Assembly: GCA_964016885.1 (NCBI GenBank)
Contig: OZ024741.1
Coordinates: 413,540,001-413,604,000, forward strand
Origin: Eledone cirrhosa
Lineage: Eukaryota
Direction: 5' to 3'
Length of the DNA stretch: 64,000 nucleotides
Each line of letters begins with the position of its first letter. Position 1 is the stretch's first letter. The translations under genes were made by a program, and so were the position numbers. A model generated the notes under the pieces. That model did not search any database. It was given only the letters and a program-made list of their open reading frames with translations, and was not told where the DNA came from. This document shows, one piece after another, positions 10,213-25,200 of this stretch.

Positions 10213-13200
10213 CATGTGGTTAGAATGTCTTCGGAAAGAATCTCCAAATTGAGAGATCACAGCTCTGATATTACAGGCATATGGTTAGAATGTTTCATGC
10301 AAGAATCACTGGATTGAGAGATCACAGCTCTGATACTACAGACATGTGGTTAGAATGTCTCAGGAAAGAATCTCCAAATTGAGAGATCACAGCTCTGACA
10401 TTACAGACATGTGGTTATAAAGTCTCATGAAAGAATCACTGGATTGAGAGATCACAGCTCTGATACTGCAGAAATGTGGTTAGAATGTCTCAGGAAAGAA
10501 TCTCTGAATTGAGACATCACAGCTCTGATACTTCAGACATGTGGTTAGAATGTCTCAGGAAAGAATCTCCAAGTTGAGAGATCACTGCTCTGATACTACA
10601 GACATGTGGTTAGAATGTTTTAGGAAAGAATCTCCAAATTGAGAGATCACAGCTCTGATATTACAGACATGTGGTTATAATGTCTCATGAAAGAATCACT
10701 GGATTGAGAGATCACAGCTCTGATACTACAGACATGTGGTTAGAATGTCTCAGGAAAGAATCTCTGAAATGAGAGATCACAGCTCTGATACTATCGACCT
10801 GTGGTTAGAATGTCTCATGAAAGAATCACTGGATTGAGAGATCACAGCTCTGACATGACAGACATGTGGTTATAATGTCTCATGAAAAAATCACTGGATT
10901 GAGAGATCACAGCTCTGATACTACAGACATGTGGTTAGAATGTCTTAGAAAAGAATCTCTGGATTGAGAGATCACAGTTCTGATACTATGGACATGTGGT
11001 TAGAATGTCTCAGGAAATTTTCTCCAAGTTGAGAGATAACAGCTCTGATAATACAGGCATGGGGTTAGAATGTCTCATGAAAGAATCACTGGATTGAGAG
11101 ATCACAGCTCTGATACTACAGACATGTGGTTAGAATGTCTCATGAAAGAATCACTGGATTGAGATATCACAGCTCTGATACTACAGACATGTGGTTAGAA
11201 TGTCTCAGGAAAGAATCTCCAAATTGAGAGATCACAGCTCTGATATTACAGACATGTGGTTATAATGTCTCATGAAAGAATCACTGGATTGAGAGATCAC
11301 AGCTCTGATACTTCAGACATGTGGTTAGAATGTTTCAGGAAAGAATCTCCAAATTGAGAGATCACAGCTCTGATACTACAGACATGTGTTTAGAATGTCT
11401 CAGGAAAGAATCTCTGAATTGAGAGATCACAGGTCTGATCCTATGGACATGTGGTTAGAATGTCTTAGGAAGGAATCTCCAAATTGAGAGATCACAGCTC
11501 TAATACTACAGACATGTGGTTAGAATGTCTCAGGAAAGAATCTCTTAGTTGAGAGATCACAGCTCTGATACTTCAGACATGTGGTTAGAATGTCTCAGGA
11601 AAGAATCTCCAAATTGAGAGTTCACTGCTCTGATACTACAGACATGTGGTTAGAATGTCTCAGGAAAGAATCTTTGAATTGAGAAATCACAGTTCTGATA
11701 CTATGGACATGTGGTTAGAATGTCTCAGGAAATTTTCTCCAAATTGAGAGGTCACAACTCTGATATTACAGGCATGTGGTTAGAATGTCTCATGAAAAAA
11801 TCACTGGATTGAGAGATCACAGCTCTGATACTACAGACATGTGGTTAGAATGTCTCAGGAAAGAATCTCCAAATTGAGACATCACAGCTCTGATATTACA
11901 GACATGTGGTTATAATGTCTCATGAAAGAATCACTGCATTGAGAGCTCACAGCTCTGATACTACACACATGTGGTTAGAATGTCTCAGGAAAGAATCTTG
12001 GATTGAGAGATCACAGCTCTGATACTTCAGACATGTGGTTAGAATGTCTCAGGAAAGAATCTCCAAATTGAGAGATCACAGATCTGATACTACAGACATG
12101 TGGTTAGAATGTCTCAGGAAAGAATCTCTGGATTGAGAGATCACAGCTCTGATACTACAGACATGTGTTTAGAATGTCTCAGGAAATTTTCTCCAAATTG
12201 AGAGATCACAGCTCTGATATTACAGGCATGTGGTTAGAATGTTTCATGCAACAATCACTGGATTGGGAGATCACAGCTCTGATACTTCAGACATGTGGTT
12301 AGAATGTCTCAGGAAAGAATCTCCAAATTGAGAGATCACAGCTCTGACATTACAGACATGTGGTTATAATGTCTCATGAAAGAATCACTGGATTGAGAGA
12401 TCACAGCTCTAATACTATGGACATGTGGTTAGAATATCTCAGTAAAGAATCACTGGATTGAGAGCTCACAGCTCTGATACTACACACATGTGGTTAGAAT
12501 GTCTCAGTAAAGAATCGCTGAATTGAGAGATCACAGTTTTGATACTATGGACATGTGGTTAGAATGTCTCAGGAAGGAATCTCCAAATTGAGAGATCACA
12601 GCTCTGATACTACAGAAATGTGGTTAGAATGTCTCAGGAAAGAATCTCTGAATTGAGACATCACAGCTCTGATACTTCAGACATGTGGTTAGAATGTCTC
12701 AGGAAAGAATCTCCAAATTGAGAGATCACTGCTCTGATACTACAGACATGTGGTTAGAATGTCTCAGGAAAGAATCTCTGAATTGAGAGATCACAGTTCT
12801 GATACTATGGACATGTCGTTAGAATGTCTCAGGAAATTTTCTCCAAATTGAGAAATCACAGCTCTGATATTACAGACATGTGGTTAGAATGTTTTAGGAA
12901 AGAATATCCAAATTGAGAGATCACAGCTCTGATATTACAGACATGTGGTTATAATGTCTCTTGAAAGAATCACTGGATTGAGAGATCACAGCTCTGATAC
13001 TAAAGACATGTGGTTAGAATGTCTCAGGAAAGAATCTCTGAAATGAGAGATCACACCTCTGATACTATCGACATATGGTTAGAATGTCTCAGGAAAGAAT
13101 CTCCAAATTGAGAGATCACAGGTCTGATATAGAGGCATGTGGTTAGAATGTCTCATGAAAGAATCACGGAATTGAGAGATCACAGCTCTGATACTACAGA

Positions 13201-16200
13201 CATGTGGTTAGAATGTCTCAGGAAAGAATCTCTGGATTGAGAGATCACAGCTCTGATACTACAGACATGTGGTTAGAATGTCTCATGAGACCAGGCGGGG
13301 CAAGATAGGGGAGGGGGGGGGGGGGAGAAGAAAGGGGAAAAGAATGTCTCAGGAAAGAATCTCCAAATTGAGAGATCACAGCTCTGATATTACAGACATG
13401 TGCTTATAACGTCTCATGAAAGAATCACTGGATTGAGAGATGACAGTTCTGATACTATGGACATGTGGTTAGAATGTCTGAGGAAATTTTCTCCAAATTG
13501 TGAGGTCACAGCTCTGATATTACAGACATGTGGTTAGAATGTTTCATGCAAGAATCACTGGATTGAGAGATCACAGCTCTGACACGACAGACATGTGGTT
13601 AGAATGTCTCAGGAAAGAATCTCCAAATTGAGAGATCACAGCTCTGATATTACAGACATGTGGTTATAATGTCTCAAGAAAGAATCACTGCATTGAGAGC
13701 TCACAGCTCTGATACTACACACATGTGGTTAGAATGTCTCAGGAAAGAATCTTGGATTGAGAGATCACAGCTCTGATACTTCAGACATGTGGTTAGAATG
13801 TCTCAGGAAAGAATCTCCAAATTGAGAGATCACAGCTCTGATATTAGAGGCATGTGGTTAGAATGTCTCATGAAAGAATCACGGAATTGAGAGATCACAG
13901 CTCTGATACTACAGACATGTGGTTAGAATGTCTCAGGAAAGAATCTCTGGATTGAGAGATCACAGCTCTGATACTTCAGACATGTGGTTAGAATGTCTTA
14001 GGAAAGAATCTCTAATTGAGAGATCACAGCTCTGATATTACAGACATGGGGGTTAGAATGTCTCAGGAAAGAATCTCTGGATTGAGAGATCACAGTTCTG
14101 ATACTATGGACATGTGGTTAGAATGTCTGAGGAAGGAATATCCAAATTGAAAGCTCACACCTCTGATACTACAGACATGTGGTTAGAATGTCTCAGGAAA
14201 GAATCTCCAAGTTGAGAGATCACAGCTCTGATACTACAGACATGTGGTTAGAATGTCTCAGGAAAGAATCTCTGAATTGAGAGATCACAGTTCTGATACT
14301 ATGGACATGTGGTTAGAATGTCTCAGGAAATTTTCTCCAAATTGAGAGATCACAGCTCTGATAATACAGGCATGGGGTTAGAATGTCTCATGAAAGAATC
14401 ACTGGATTGAGAGATCACAGCTCTGATACTACAGACATGTGGTTAGAATGTCTCATGAAAGAATCACTGGATTGAGATATCACAGCTCTGATACTACAGA
14501 CATGTGGTTAGAATGTCTCAGGAAAGAATCTCCAAATTGAGAGATCACAGCTCTGACATTACAGACATGTGGTTATAAAGTCTCATGAAAGAATCACTGG
14601 ATTGAGAGATCACAGCTCTGATACTACAGACATGTGGTTAGAATGTCTCAGGAAAGAATCGCTGAATTGAGAGATCACAGTTTTGATACTATGGACATGT
14701 GGTTAGAATGTCTCAGGAAGGAATCTCCAAATTGAGAGATCACAGCTCTGATACTGCAGAAATGTGGTTAGAATGTCTCAGGAAAGAATCTCTGAATTGA
14801 GACATCACAGCTCTGATACTTCAGACATGTGGTTAGAATGTCTCAGGAAAGAATCTCCAAGTTGAGAGATCACTGCTCTGATACTACAGACATGTGGTTA
14901 GAATGTTTTAGGAAAGAATCTCCAAATTGAGAGATCACAGCTCTGATATTACAGACATGTGGTTATAATGTCTCATGAAAGAATCACTGGATTGAGAGAT
15001 CACAGCTCTGATACTACAGACATGTGGTTAGAATGTCTCAGGAAAGAATCTCTGAAATGAGAGATCACAGCTCTGATACTATCGACCTGTGGTTAGAATG
15101 TCTCATGAAAGAATCACTGGATTGAGAGATCACAGCTCTGACATGACAGACATGTGGTTATAATGTCTCATGAAAGAATCACTGGATTGAGAGATCACAG
15201 CTCTGATACTACAGACATGTGGTTAGAATGTCTTAGAAAAGAATCTCTGGATTGAGAGATCACAGCTCTGATACTTCAGACATGTGGTTAGAATGTCTCA
15301 GGAAAGAATCTCTGAATTGAGAGATCACAGTTCTGATACTATGGACATGTGGTTAGAATGTATCAGGAAATTTTCTCCAAGTTGAGAGATAACAGCTCTG
15401 ATAATACAGGCATGGGGTTAGAATGTCTCATGAAAGAATCACTGGATTGAGAGATCACAGCTCTGATACTACAGACATGTGGTTAGAATGTCTCATGAAA
15501 GAATCACTGGATTGAGATATCACAGCTCTGATACTACAGACATGTGGTTAGAATGTCTCAGGAAAGAATCTCCAAATTGAGAGATCACAGCTCTGATATT
15601 ACAGACATGTGGTTATAATGTCTCATGAAAGAATCACTGGATTGAGAGATCACAGCTCTGATACTTCAGACATGTGGTTAGAATGTTTCAGGAAAGAATC
15701 TCCAAATTGAGAGATCACAGCTCTGATACTACAGACATGTGTTTAGAATGTCTCAGGAAAGAATCTCTGAATTGAGAGATCACAGGTCTGATACTATGGA
15801 CATGTGGTTAGGATGTCTTAGGAAGGAATCTCCAAATTGAGAGATCACAGCTCTGATACTACAGACATGTGGTTAGAATGTCTCAGGAAAGAATCTCTTA
15901 GTTGAGAGATCACAGCTCTGATACTTCAGACATGTGGTTAGAATGTCTCAGGAAAGAATCTCCAAATTGAGAGTTCACTGCTCTGATACTACAGACATGT
16001 GGTTAGAATGTCTCAGGAAAGAATCTCTGAATTGAGAAATCACAGTTCTGATACTATGGACATGTGGTTAGAATGTCTCAGGAAATTTTCTCCAAATTGA
16101 GAGGTCACAGCTCTGATATTACAGGCATGTGGTTAGAATGTCTCATGAAAAAATCACTGGATTGAGAGATCACAGCTCTGATACTACAGACATGTGGTTA

Positions 16201-19200
16201 GAATGTCTCAGGAAAGAATCTCCAAATTGAGACATCACAGCTCTGATATTACAGACATGTGGTTATAATGTCTCATGAAAGAATCACTGCATTGAGAGCT
16301 CACAGCTCTGATACTACACACATGGGGTTAGAATGTCTCAGGAAAGAATCTTGGATTGAGAGATCACAGCTCTGATACTTCAGACATGTGGTTAGAATGT
16401 CTCAGGAAAGAATCTCCAAATTGAGAGATCACAGATCTGATACTACAGACATGTGGTTAGAATGTCTCAGGAAAGAATCTCTGGATTGAGAGATCACAGC
16501 TCTGATACTACAGACATGTGGTTAGAATGTTTCAGGAAATTTTCTCCAAATTGAGAGATCACAGCTCTGATATTACAGGCATGTGGTTAGAATGTTTCAT
16601 GCAACAATCACTGGATTGGGAGATCACAGCTCTGATACTTCAGACATGTGGTTAGAATGTCTCAGGAAAGAATCTCCAAATTGAGAGATCACAGCTCTGA
16701 CATTACAGACATGTGGTTATAATGTCTCATGAAAGAATCACTGGATTGAGAGATCACAGCTCTAATACTATGGACATGTGGTTAGAATATCTCAGTAAAG
16801 AATCACTGGATTGAGAGCTCACAGCTCTGATACTACACACATGTGGTTAGAATGTCTCAGTAAAGAATCGCTGAATTGAGAGATCACAGTTTTGATACTA
16901 TGGACATGTGGTTAGAATGTCTCAGGAAGGAATCTCCAAATTGAGAGATCACAGCTCTGATACTACAGAAATGTGGTTAGAATGTCTCAGGAAAGAATCT
17001 CTGAATTGAGACATCACAGCTCTGATACTTCAGACATGTGGTTAGAATGTCTCAGGAAAGAATCTCCAAATTGAGAGATCACTGCTCTGATACTACAGAC
17101 ATGTGGTTAGAATGTCTCAGGAAAGAATCTCTGAATTGAGAGATCACAGTTCTGATACTATGGACATGTCGTTAGAATGTCTCAGGAAATTTTCTCCAAA
17201 TTGAGAAATCACAGCTCTGATATTACAGACATGTGGTTAGAATGTTTTAGGAAAGAATATCCAAATTGAGAGATCACAGCTCTGATATTACAGACATGTG
17301 GTTATAATGTCTCTTGAAAGAATCACTGGACTGAGAGATCACAGCTCTGATACTAAAGACATGTGGTTAGAATGTCTCAGGAAAGAATCTCTGAAATGAG
17401 AGATCACACCTCTGATACTATCGACATATGGTTAGAATGTCTCAGGAAAGAATCTCCAAATTGAGAGATCACAGGTCTGATATTAGAGGCATGTGGTTAG
17501 AATGTCTCATGAAAGAATCACGGAATTGAGAGATCACAGCTCTGATACTACAGACATGTGGTTAGAATGTCTCAGGAAAGAATCTCTGGATTGAGAGATC
17601 ACAGCTCTGATACTACAGACATGTGGTTAGAATGTCTCATGAAAGAATCACTGGATTGAGATATCACAGCTCTGATACTACAGACATGTGGTTAGAATGT
17701 CTCAGGAAAGAATCTCCAAATTGAGAGATCACAGCTCTGATATTACAGACATGTGGTTATAACGTCTCATGAAAGAATCACTGGATTGAGAGATCACAGT
17801 TCTGATACTATGGACATGTGGTTAGAATGTCTGAGGAAATTTTCTCCAAATTGTGAGGTCACAGCTCTGATATTACAGACATGTGGTTAGAATATTTCAT
17901 GCAAGAATCACTGGATTGAGAGATCACAGCTCTGACACGACAGACATGTGGTTAGAATGTCTCAGGAAAGAATCTCCAAATTGAGAGATCACAGCTCTGA
18001 TATTACAGACATGTGGTTATAATGTCTCAAGAAAGAATCACTGCATTGAGAGCTCACAGCTCTGATACTACAGACATGTGGTTAGAATGTCTCAGGAAAG
18101 AATCTCTGGATTGAGAGATCACAGCTCTGATACTTCAGACATGTGGTTAGAATGTCTCAGGAAAGAATCTCTGAATTGAGAGATCACAGTTCTGATACTA
18201 TTGACATGTGGTTAGAATGTCTTAGGAAAGAATCTTGGATTGAGAGATCACAGCTCTGATACTTCAGACATGTGGTTAGAATGTCTCAGGAAAGAATCTC
18301 CAAATTGAGAGATTACAGCTCTGATATTAGAGGCATGTGGTTAGAATGTCTTCGGAAAGAATCTCCAAATTGAGAGATCACAGCTCTGATATTACAGGCA
18401 TATGGTTAGAATGTTTCATGCAAGAATCACTGGATTGAGAGATCACAGCTCTGATACTACAGACATGTGGTTAGAATGTCTCAGGAAAGAATCTCCAAAT
18501 TGAGAGATCACAGCTCTGACATTACAGACATGTGGTTATAAAGTCTCATGAAAGAATCACTGGATTGAGAGATCACAGCTCTGATACTGCAGAAATGTGG
18601 TTAGAATGTCTCAGGAAAGAATCTCTGAATTGAGACATCACAGCTCTGATACTTCAGACATGTGGTTAGAATGTCTCAGGAAAGAATCTCCAAGTTGAGA
18701 GATCACTGCTCTGATACTACAGACATGTGGTTAGAATGTTTTAGGAAAGAATCTCCAAATTGAGAGATCACAGCTCTGATATTACAGACATGTGGTTATA
18801 ATGTCTCATGAAAGAATCACTGGATTGAGAGATCACAGCTCTGATACTACAGACATGTGGTTAGAATGTCTCAGGAAAGAATCTCTGAAATGAGAGATCA
18901 CAGCTCTGATACTATCGACCTGTGGTTAGAATGTCTCATGAAAGAATCACTGGATTGAGAGATCACAGCTCTGACATGACAGACATGTGGTTATAATGTC
19001 TCATGAAAAAATCACTGGATTGAGAGATCACAGCTCTGATACTACAGACATGTGGTTAGAATGTCTTAGAAAAGAATCTCTGGATTGAGAGATCACAGTT
19101 CTGATACTATGGACATGTGGTTAGAATGTCTCAGGAAATTTTCTCCAAGTTGAGAGATAACAGCTCTGATAATACAGGCATGGGGTTAGAATGTCTCATG

Positions 19201-22200
19201 AAAGAATCACTGGATTGAGAGATCACAGCTCTGATACTACAGACATGTGGTTAGAATGTCTCATGAAAGAATCACTGGATTGAGATATCACAGCTCTGAT
19301 ACTACAGACATGTGGTTAGAATGTCTCAGGAAAGAATCTCCAAATTGAGAGATCACAGCTCTGATATTACAGACATGTGGTTATAATGTCTCATGAAAGA
19401 ATCACTGGATTGAGAGATCACAGCTCTGATACTTCAGACATGTGGTTAGAATGTTTCAGGAAAGAATCTCCAAATTGAGAGATCACAGCTCTGATACTAC
19501 AGACATGTGTTTAGAATGTCTCAGGAAAGAATCTCTGAATTGAGAGATCACAGGTCTGATCCTATGGACATGTGGTTAGAATGTCTTAGGAAGGAATCTC
19601 CAAATTGAGAGATCACAGCTCTAATACTACAGACATGTGGTTAGAATGTCTCAGGAAAGAATCTCTTAGTTGAGAGATCACAGCTCTGATACTTCAGACA
19701 TGTGGTTAGAATGTCTCAGGAAAGAATCTCCAAATTGAGAGTTCACTGCTCTGATACTACAGACATGTGGTTAGAATGTCTCAGGAAAGAATCTTTGAAT
19801 TGAGAAATCACAGTTCTGATACTATGGACATGTGGTTAGAATGTCTCAGGAAATTTTCTCCAAATTGAGAGGTCACAACTCTGATATTACAGGCATGTGG
19901 TTAGAATGTCTCATGAAAAAATCACTGGATTGAGAGATCACAGCTCTGATACTACAGACATGTGGTTAGAATGTCTCAGGAAAGAATCTCCAAATTGAGA
20001 CATCACAGCTCTGATATTACAGACATGTGGTTATAATGTCTCATGAAAGAATCACTGCATTGAGAGCTCACAGCTCTGATACTACACACATGTGGTTAGA
20101 ATGTCTCAGGAAAGAATCTTGGATTGAGAGATCACAGCTCTGATACTTCAGACATGTGGTTAGAATGTCTCAGGAAAGAATCTCCAAATTGAGAGATCAC
20201 AGATCTGATACTACAGACATGTGGTTAGAATGTCTCAGGAAAGAATCTCTGGATTGAGAGATCACAGCTCTGATACTACAGACATGTGTTTAGAATGTCT
20301 CAGGAAATTTTCTCCAAATTGAGAGATCACAGCTCTGATATTACAGGCATGTGGTTAGAATGTTTCATGCAACAATCACTGGATTGGGAGATCACAGCTC
20401 TGATACTTCAGACATGTGGTTAGAATGTCTCAGGAAAGAATCTCCAAATTGAGAGATCACAGCTCTGACATTACAGACATGTGGTTATAATGTCTCATGA
20501 AAGAATCACTGGATTGAGAGATCACAGCTCTAATACTATGGACATGTGGTTAGAATATCTCAGTAAAGAATCACTGGATTGAGAGCTCACAGCTCTGATA
20601 CTACACACATGTGGTTAGAATGTCTCAGTAAAGAATCGCTGAATTGAGAGATCACAGTTTTGATACTATGGACATGTGGTTAGAATGTCTCAGGAAGGAA
20701 TCTCCAAATTGAGAGATCACAGCTCTGATACTACAGAAATGTGGTTAGAATGTCTCAGGAAAGAATCTCTGAATTGAGACATCACAGCTCTGATACTTCA
20801 GACATGTGGTTAGAATGTCTCAGGAAAGAATCTCCAAATTGAGAGATCACTGCTCTGATACTACAGACATGTGGTTAGAATGTCTCAGGAAAGAATCTCT
20901 GAATTGAGAGATCACAGTTCTGATACTATGGACATGTCGTTAGAATGTCTCAGGAAATTTTCTCCAAATTGAGAAATCACAGCTCTGATATTACAGACAT
21001 GTGGTTAGAATGTTTTAGGAAAGAATATCCAAATTGAGAGATCACAGCTCTGATATTACAGACATGTGGTTATAATGTCTCTTGAAAGAATCACTGGATT
21101 GAGAGATCACAGCTCTGATACTAAAGACATGTGGTTAGAATGTCTCAGGAAAGAATCTCTGAAATGAGAGATCACACCTCTGATACTATCGACATATGGT
21201 TAGAATGTCTCAGGAAAGAATCTCCAAATTGAGAGATCACAGGTCTGATATTAGAGGCATGTGGTTAGAATGTCTCATGAAAGAATCACGGAATTGAGAG
21301 ATCACAGCTCTGATACTACAGACATGTGGTTAGAATGTCTCAGGAAAGAATCTCTGGATTGAGAGATCACAGCTCTGATACTACAGACATGTGGTTAGAA
21401 TGTCTCATGAAAGAATCACTGGATTGAGATATCACAGCTCTGATACTACAGACATGTGGTTAGAATGTCTCAGGAAAGAATCTCCAAATTGAGAGATCAC
21501 AGCTCTGATATTACAGACATGTGCTTATAACGTCTCATGAAAGAATCACTGGATTGAGAGATGACAGTTCTGATACTATGGACATGTGGTTAGAATGTCT
21601 GAGGAAATTTTCTCCAAATTGTGAGGTCACAGCTCTGATATTACAGACATGTGGTTAGAATGTTTCATGCAAGAATCACTGGATTGAGAGATCACAGCTC
21701 TGACACGACAGACATGTGGTTAGAATGTCTCAGGAAAGAATCTCCAAATTGAGAGATCACAGCTCTGATATTACAGACATGTGGTTATAATGTCTCAAGA
21801 AAGAATCACTGCATTGAGAGCTCACAGCTCTGATACTACACACATGTGGTTAGAATGTCTCAGGAAAGAATCTTGGATTGAGAGATCACAGCTCTGATAC
21901 TTCAGACATGTGGTTAGAATGTCTCAGGAAAGAATCTCCAAATTGAGAGATCACAGCTCTGATATTAGAGGCATGTGGTTAGAATGTCTCATGAAAGAAT
22001 CACGGAATTGAGAGATCACAGCTCTGATACTACAGACATGTGGTTAGAATGTCTCAGGAAAGAATCTCTGGATTGAGAGATCACAGCTCTGATACTTCAG
22101 ACATGTGGTTAGAATGTCTTAGGAAAGAATCTCTAATTGAGAGATCACAGCTCTGATATTACAGACATGGGGGTTAGAATGTCTCAGGAAAGAATCTCTG

Positions 22201-25200
22201 GATTGAGAGATCACAGTTCTGATACTATGGACATGTGGTTAGAATGTCTGAGGAAGGAATATCCAAATTGAAAGCTCACACCTCTGATACTACAGACATG
22301 TGGTTAGAATGTCTCAGGAAAGAATCTCCAAGTTGAGAGATCACAGCTCTGATACTACAGACATGTGGTTAGAATGTCTCAGGAAAGAATCTCTGAATTG
22401 AGAGATCACAGTTCTGATACTATGGACATGTGGTTAGAATGTCTCAGGAAATTTTCTCCAAATTGAGAGATCACAGCTCTGATAATACAGGCATGGGGTT
22501 AGAATGTCTCATGAAAGAATCACTGGATTGAGAGATCACAGCTCTGATACTACAGACATGTGGTTAGAATGTCTCATGAAAGAATCACTGGATTGAGATA
22601 TCACAGCTCTGATACTACAGACATGTGGTTAGAATGTCTCAGGAAAGAATCTCCAAATTGAGAGATCACAGCTCTGACATTACAGACATGTGGTTATAAA
22701 GTCTCATGAAAGAATCACTGGATTGAGAGATCACAGCTCTGATACTACAGACATGTGGTTAGAATGTCTCAGGAAAGAATCGCTGAATTGAGAGATCACA
22801 GTTTTGATACTATGGACATGTGGTTAGAATGTCTCAGGAAGGAATCTCCAAATTGAGAGATCACAGCTCTGATACTGCAGAAATGTGGTTAGAATGTCTC
22901 AGGAAAGAATCTCTGAATTGAGACATCACAGCTCTGATACTTCAGACATGTGGTTAGAATGTCTCAGGAAAGAATCTCCAAGTTGAGAGATCACTGCTCT
23001 GATACTACAGACATGTGGTTAGAATGTTTTAGGAAAGAATCTCCAAATTGAGAGATCACAGCTCTGATATTACAGACATGTGGTTATAATGTCTCATGAA
23101 AGAATCACTGGATTGAGAGATCACAGCTCTGATACTACAGACATGTGGTTAGAATGTCTCAGGAAAGAATCTCTGAAATGAGAGATCACAGCTCTGATAC
23201 TATCGACCTGTGGTTAGAATGTCTCATGAAAGAATCACTGGATTGAGAGATCACAGCTCTGACATGACAGACATGTGGTTATAATGTCTCATGAAAGAAT
23301 CACTGGATTGAGAGATCACAGCTCTGATACTACAGACATGTGGTTAGAATGTCTTAGAAAAGAATCTCTGGATTGAGAGATCACAGCTCTGATACTTCAG
23401 ACATGTGGTTAGAATGTCTCAGGAAAGAATCTCTGAATTGAGAGATCACAGTTCTGATACTATGGACATGTGGTTAGAATGTATCAGGAAATTTTCTCCA
23501 AGTTGAGAGATAACAGCTCTGATAATACAGGCATGGGGTTAGAATGTCTCATGAAAGAATCACTGGATTGAGAGATCACAGCTCTGATACTACAGACATG
23601 TGGTTAGAATGTCTCATGAAAGAATCACTGGATTGAGATATCACAGCTCTGATACTACAGACATGTGGTTAGAATGTCTCAGGAAAGAATCTCCAAATTG
23701 AGAGATCACAGCTCTGATATTACAGACATGTGGTTATAATGTCTCATGAAAGAATCACTGGATTGAGAGATCACAGCTCTGATACTTCAGACATGTGGTT
23801 AGAATGTTTCAGGAAAGAATCTCCAAATTGAGAGATCACAGCTCTGATACTACAGACATGTGTTTAGAATGTCTCAGGAAAGAATCTCTGAATTGAGAGA
23901 TCACAGGTCTGATACTATGGACATGTGGTTAGGATGTCTTAGGAAGGAATCTCCAAATTGAGAGATCACAGCTCTGATACTACAGACATGTGGTTAGAAT
24001 GTCTCAGGAAAGAATCTCTTAGTTGAGAGATCACAGCTCTGATACTTCAGACATGTGGTTAGAATGTCTCAGGAAAGAATCTCCAAATTGAGAGTTCACT
24101 GCTCTGATACTACAGACATGTGGTTAGAATGTCTCAGGAAAGAATCTCTGAATTGAGAAATCACAGTTCTGATACTATGGACATGTGGTTAGAATGTCTC
24201 AGGAAATTTTCTCCAAATTGAGAGGTCACAGCTCTGATATTACAGGCATGTGGTTAGAATGTCTCATGAAAAAATCACTGGATTGAGAGATCACAGCTCT
24301 GATACTACAGACATGTGGTTAGAATGTCTCAGGAAAGAATCTCCAAATTGAGACATCACAGCTCTGATATTACAGACATGTGGTTATAATGTCTCATGAA
24401 AGAATCACTGCATTGAGAGCTCACAGCTCTGATACTACACACATGGGGTTAGAATGTCTCAGGAAAGAATCTTGGATTGAGAGATCACAGCTCTGATACT
24501 TCAGACATGTGGTTAGAATGTCTCAGGAAAGAATCTCCAAATTGAGAGATCACAGATCTGATACTACAGACATGTGGTTAGAATGTCTCAGGAAAGAATC
24601 TCTGGATTGAGAGATCACAGCTCTGATACTACAGACATGTGGTTAGAATGTTTCAGGAAATTTTCTCCAAATTGAGAGATCACAGCTCTGATATTACAGG
24701 CATGTGGTTAGAATGTTTCATGCAACAATCACTGGATTGGGAGATCACAGCTCTGATACTTCAGACATGTGGTTAGAATGTCTCAGGAAAGAATCTCCAA
24801 ATTGAGAGATCACAGCTCTGACATTACAGACATGTGGTTATAATGTCTCATGAAAGAATCACTGGATTGAGAGATCACAGCTCTAATACTATGGACATGT
24901 GGTTAGAATATCTCAGTAAAGAATCACTGGATTGAGAGCTCACAGCTCTGATACTACACACATGTGGTTAGAATGTCTCAGTAAAGAATCGCTGAATTGA
25001 GAGATCACAGTTTTGATACTATGGACATGTGGTTAGAATGTCTCAGGAAGGAATCTCCAAATTGAGAGATCACAGCTCTGATACTACAGAAATGTGGTTA
25101 GAATGTCTCAGGAAAGAATCTCTGAATTGAGACATCACAGCTCTGATACTTCAGACATGTGGTTAGAATGTCTCAGGAAAGAATCTCCAAATTGAGAGAT

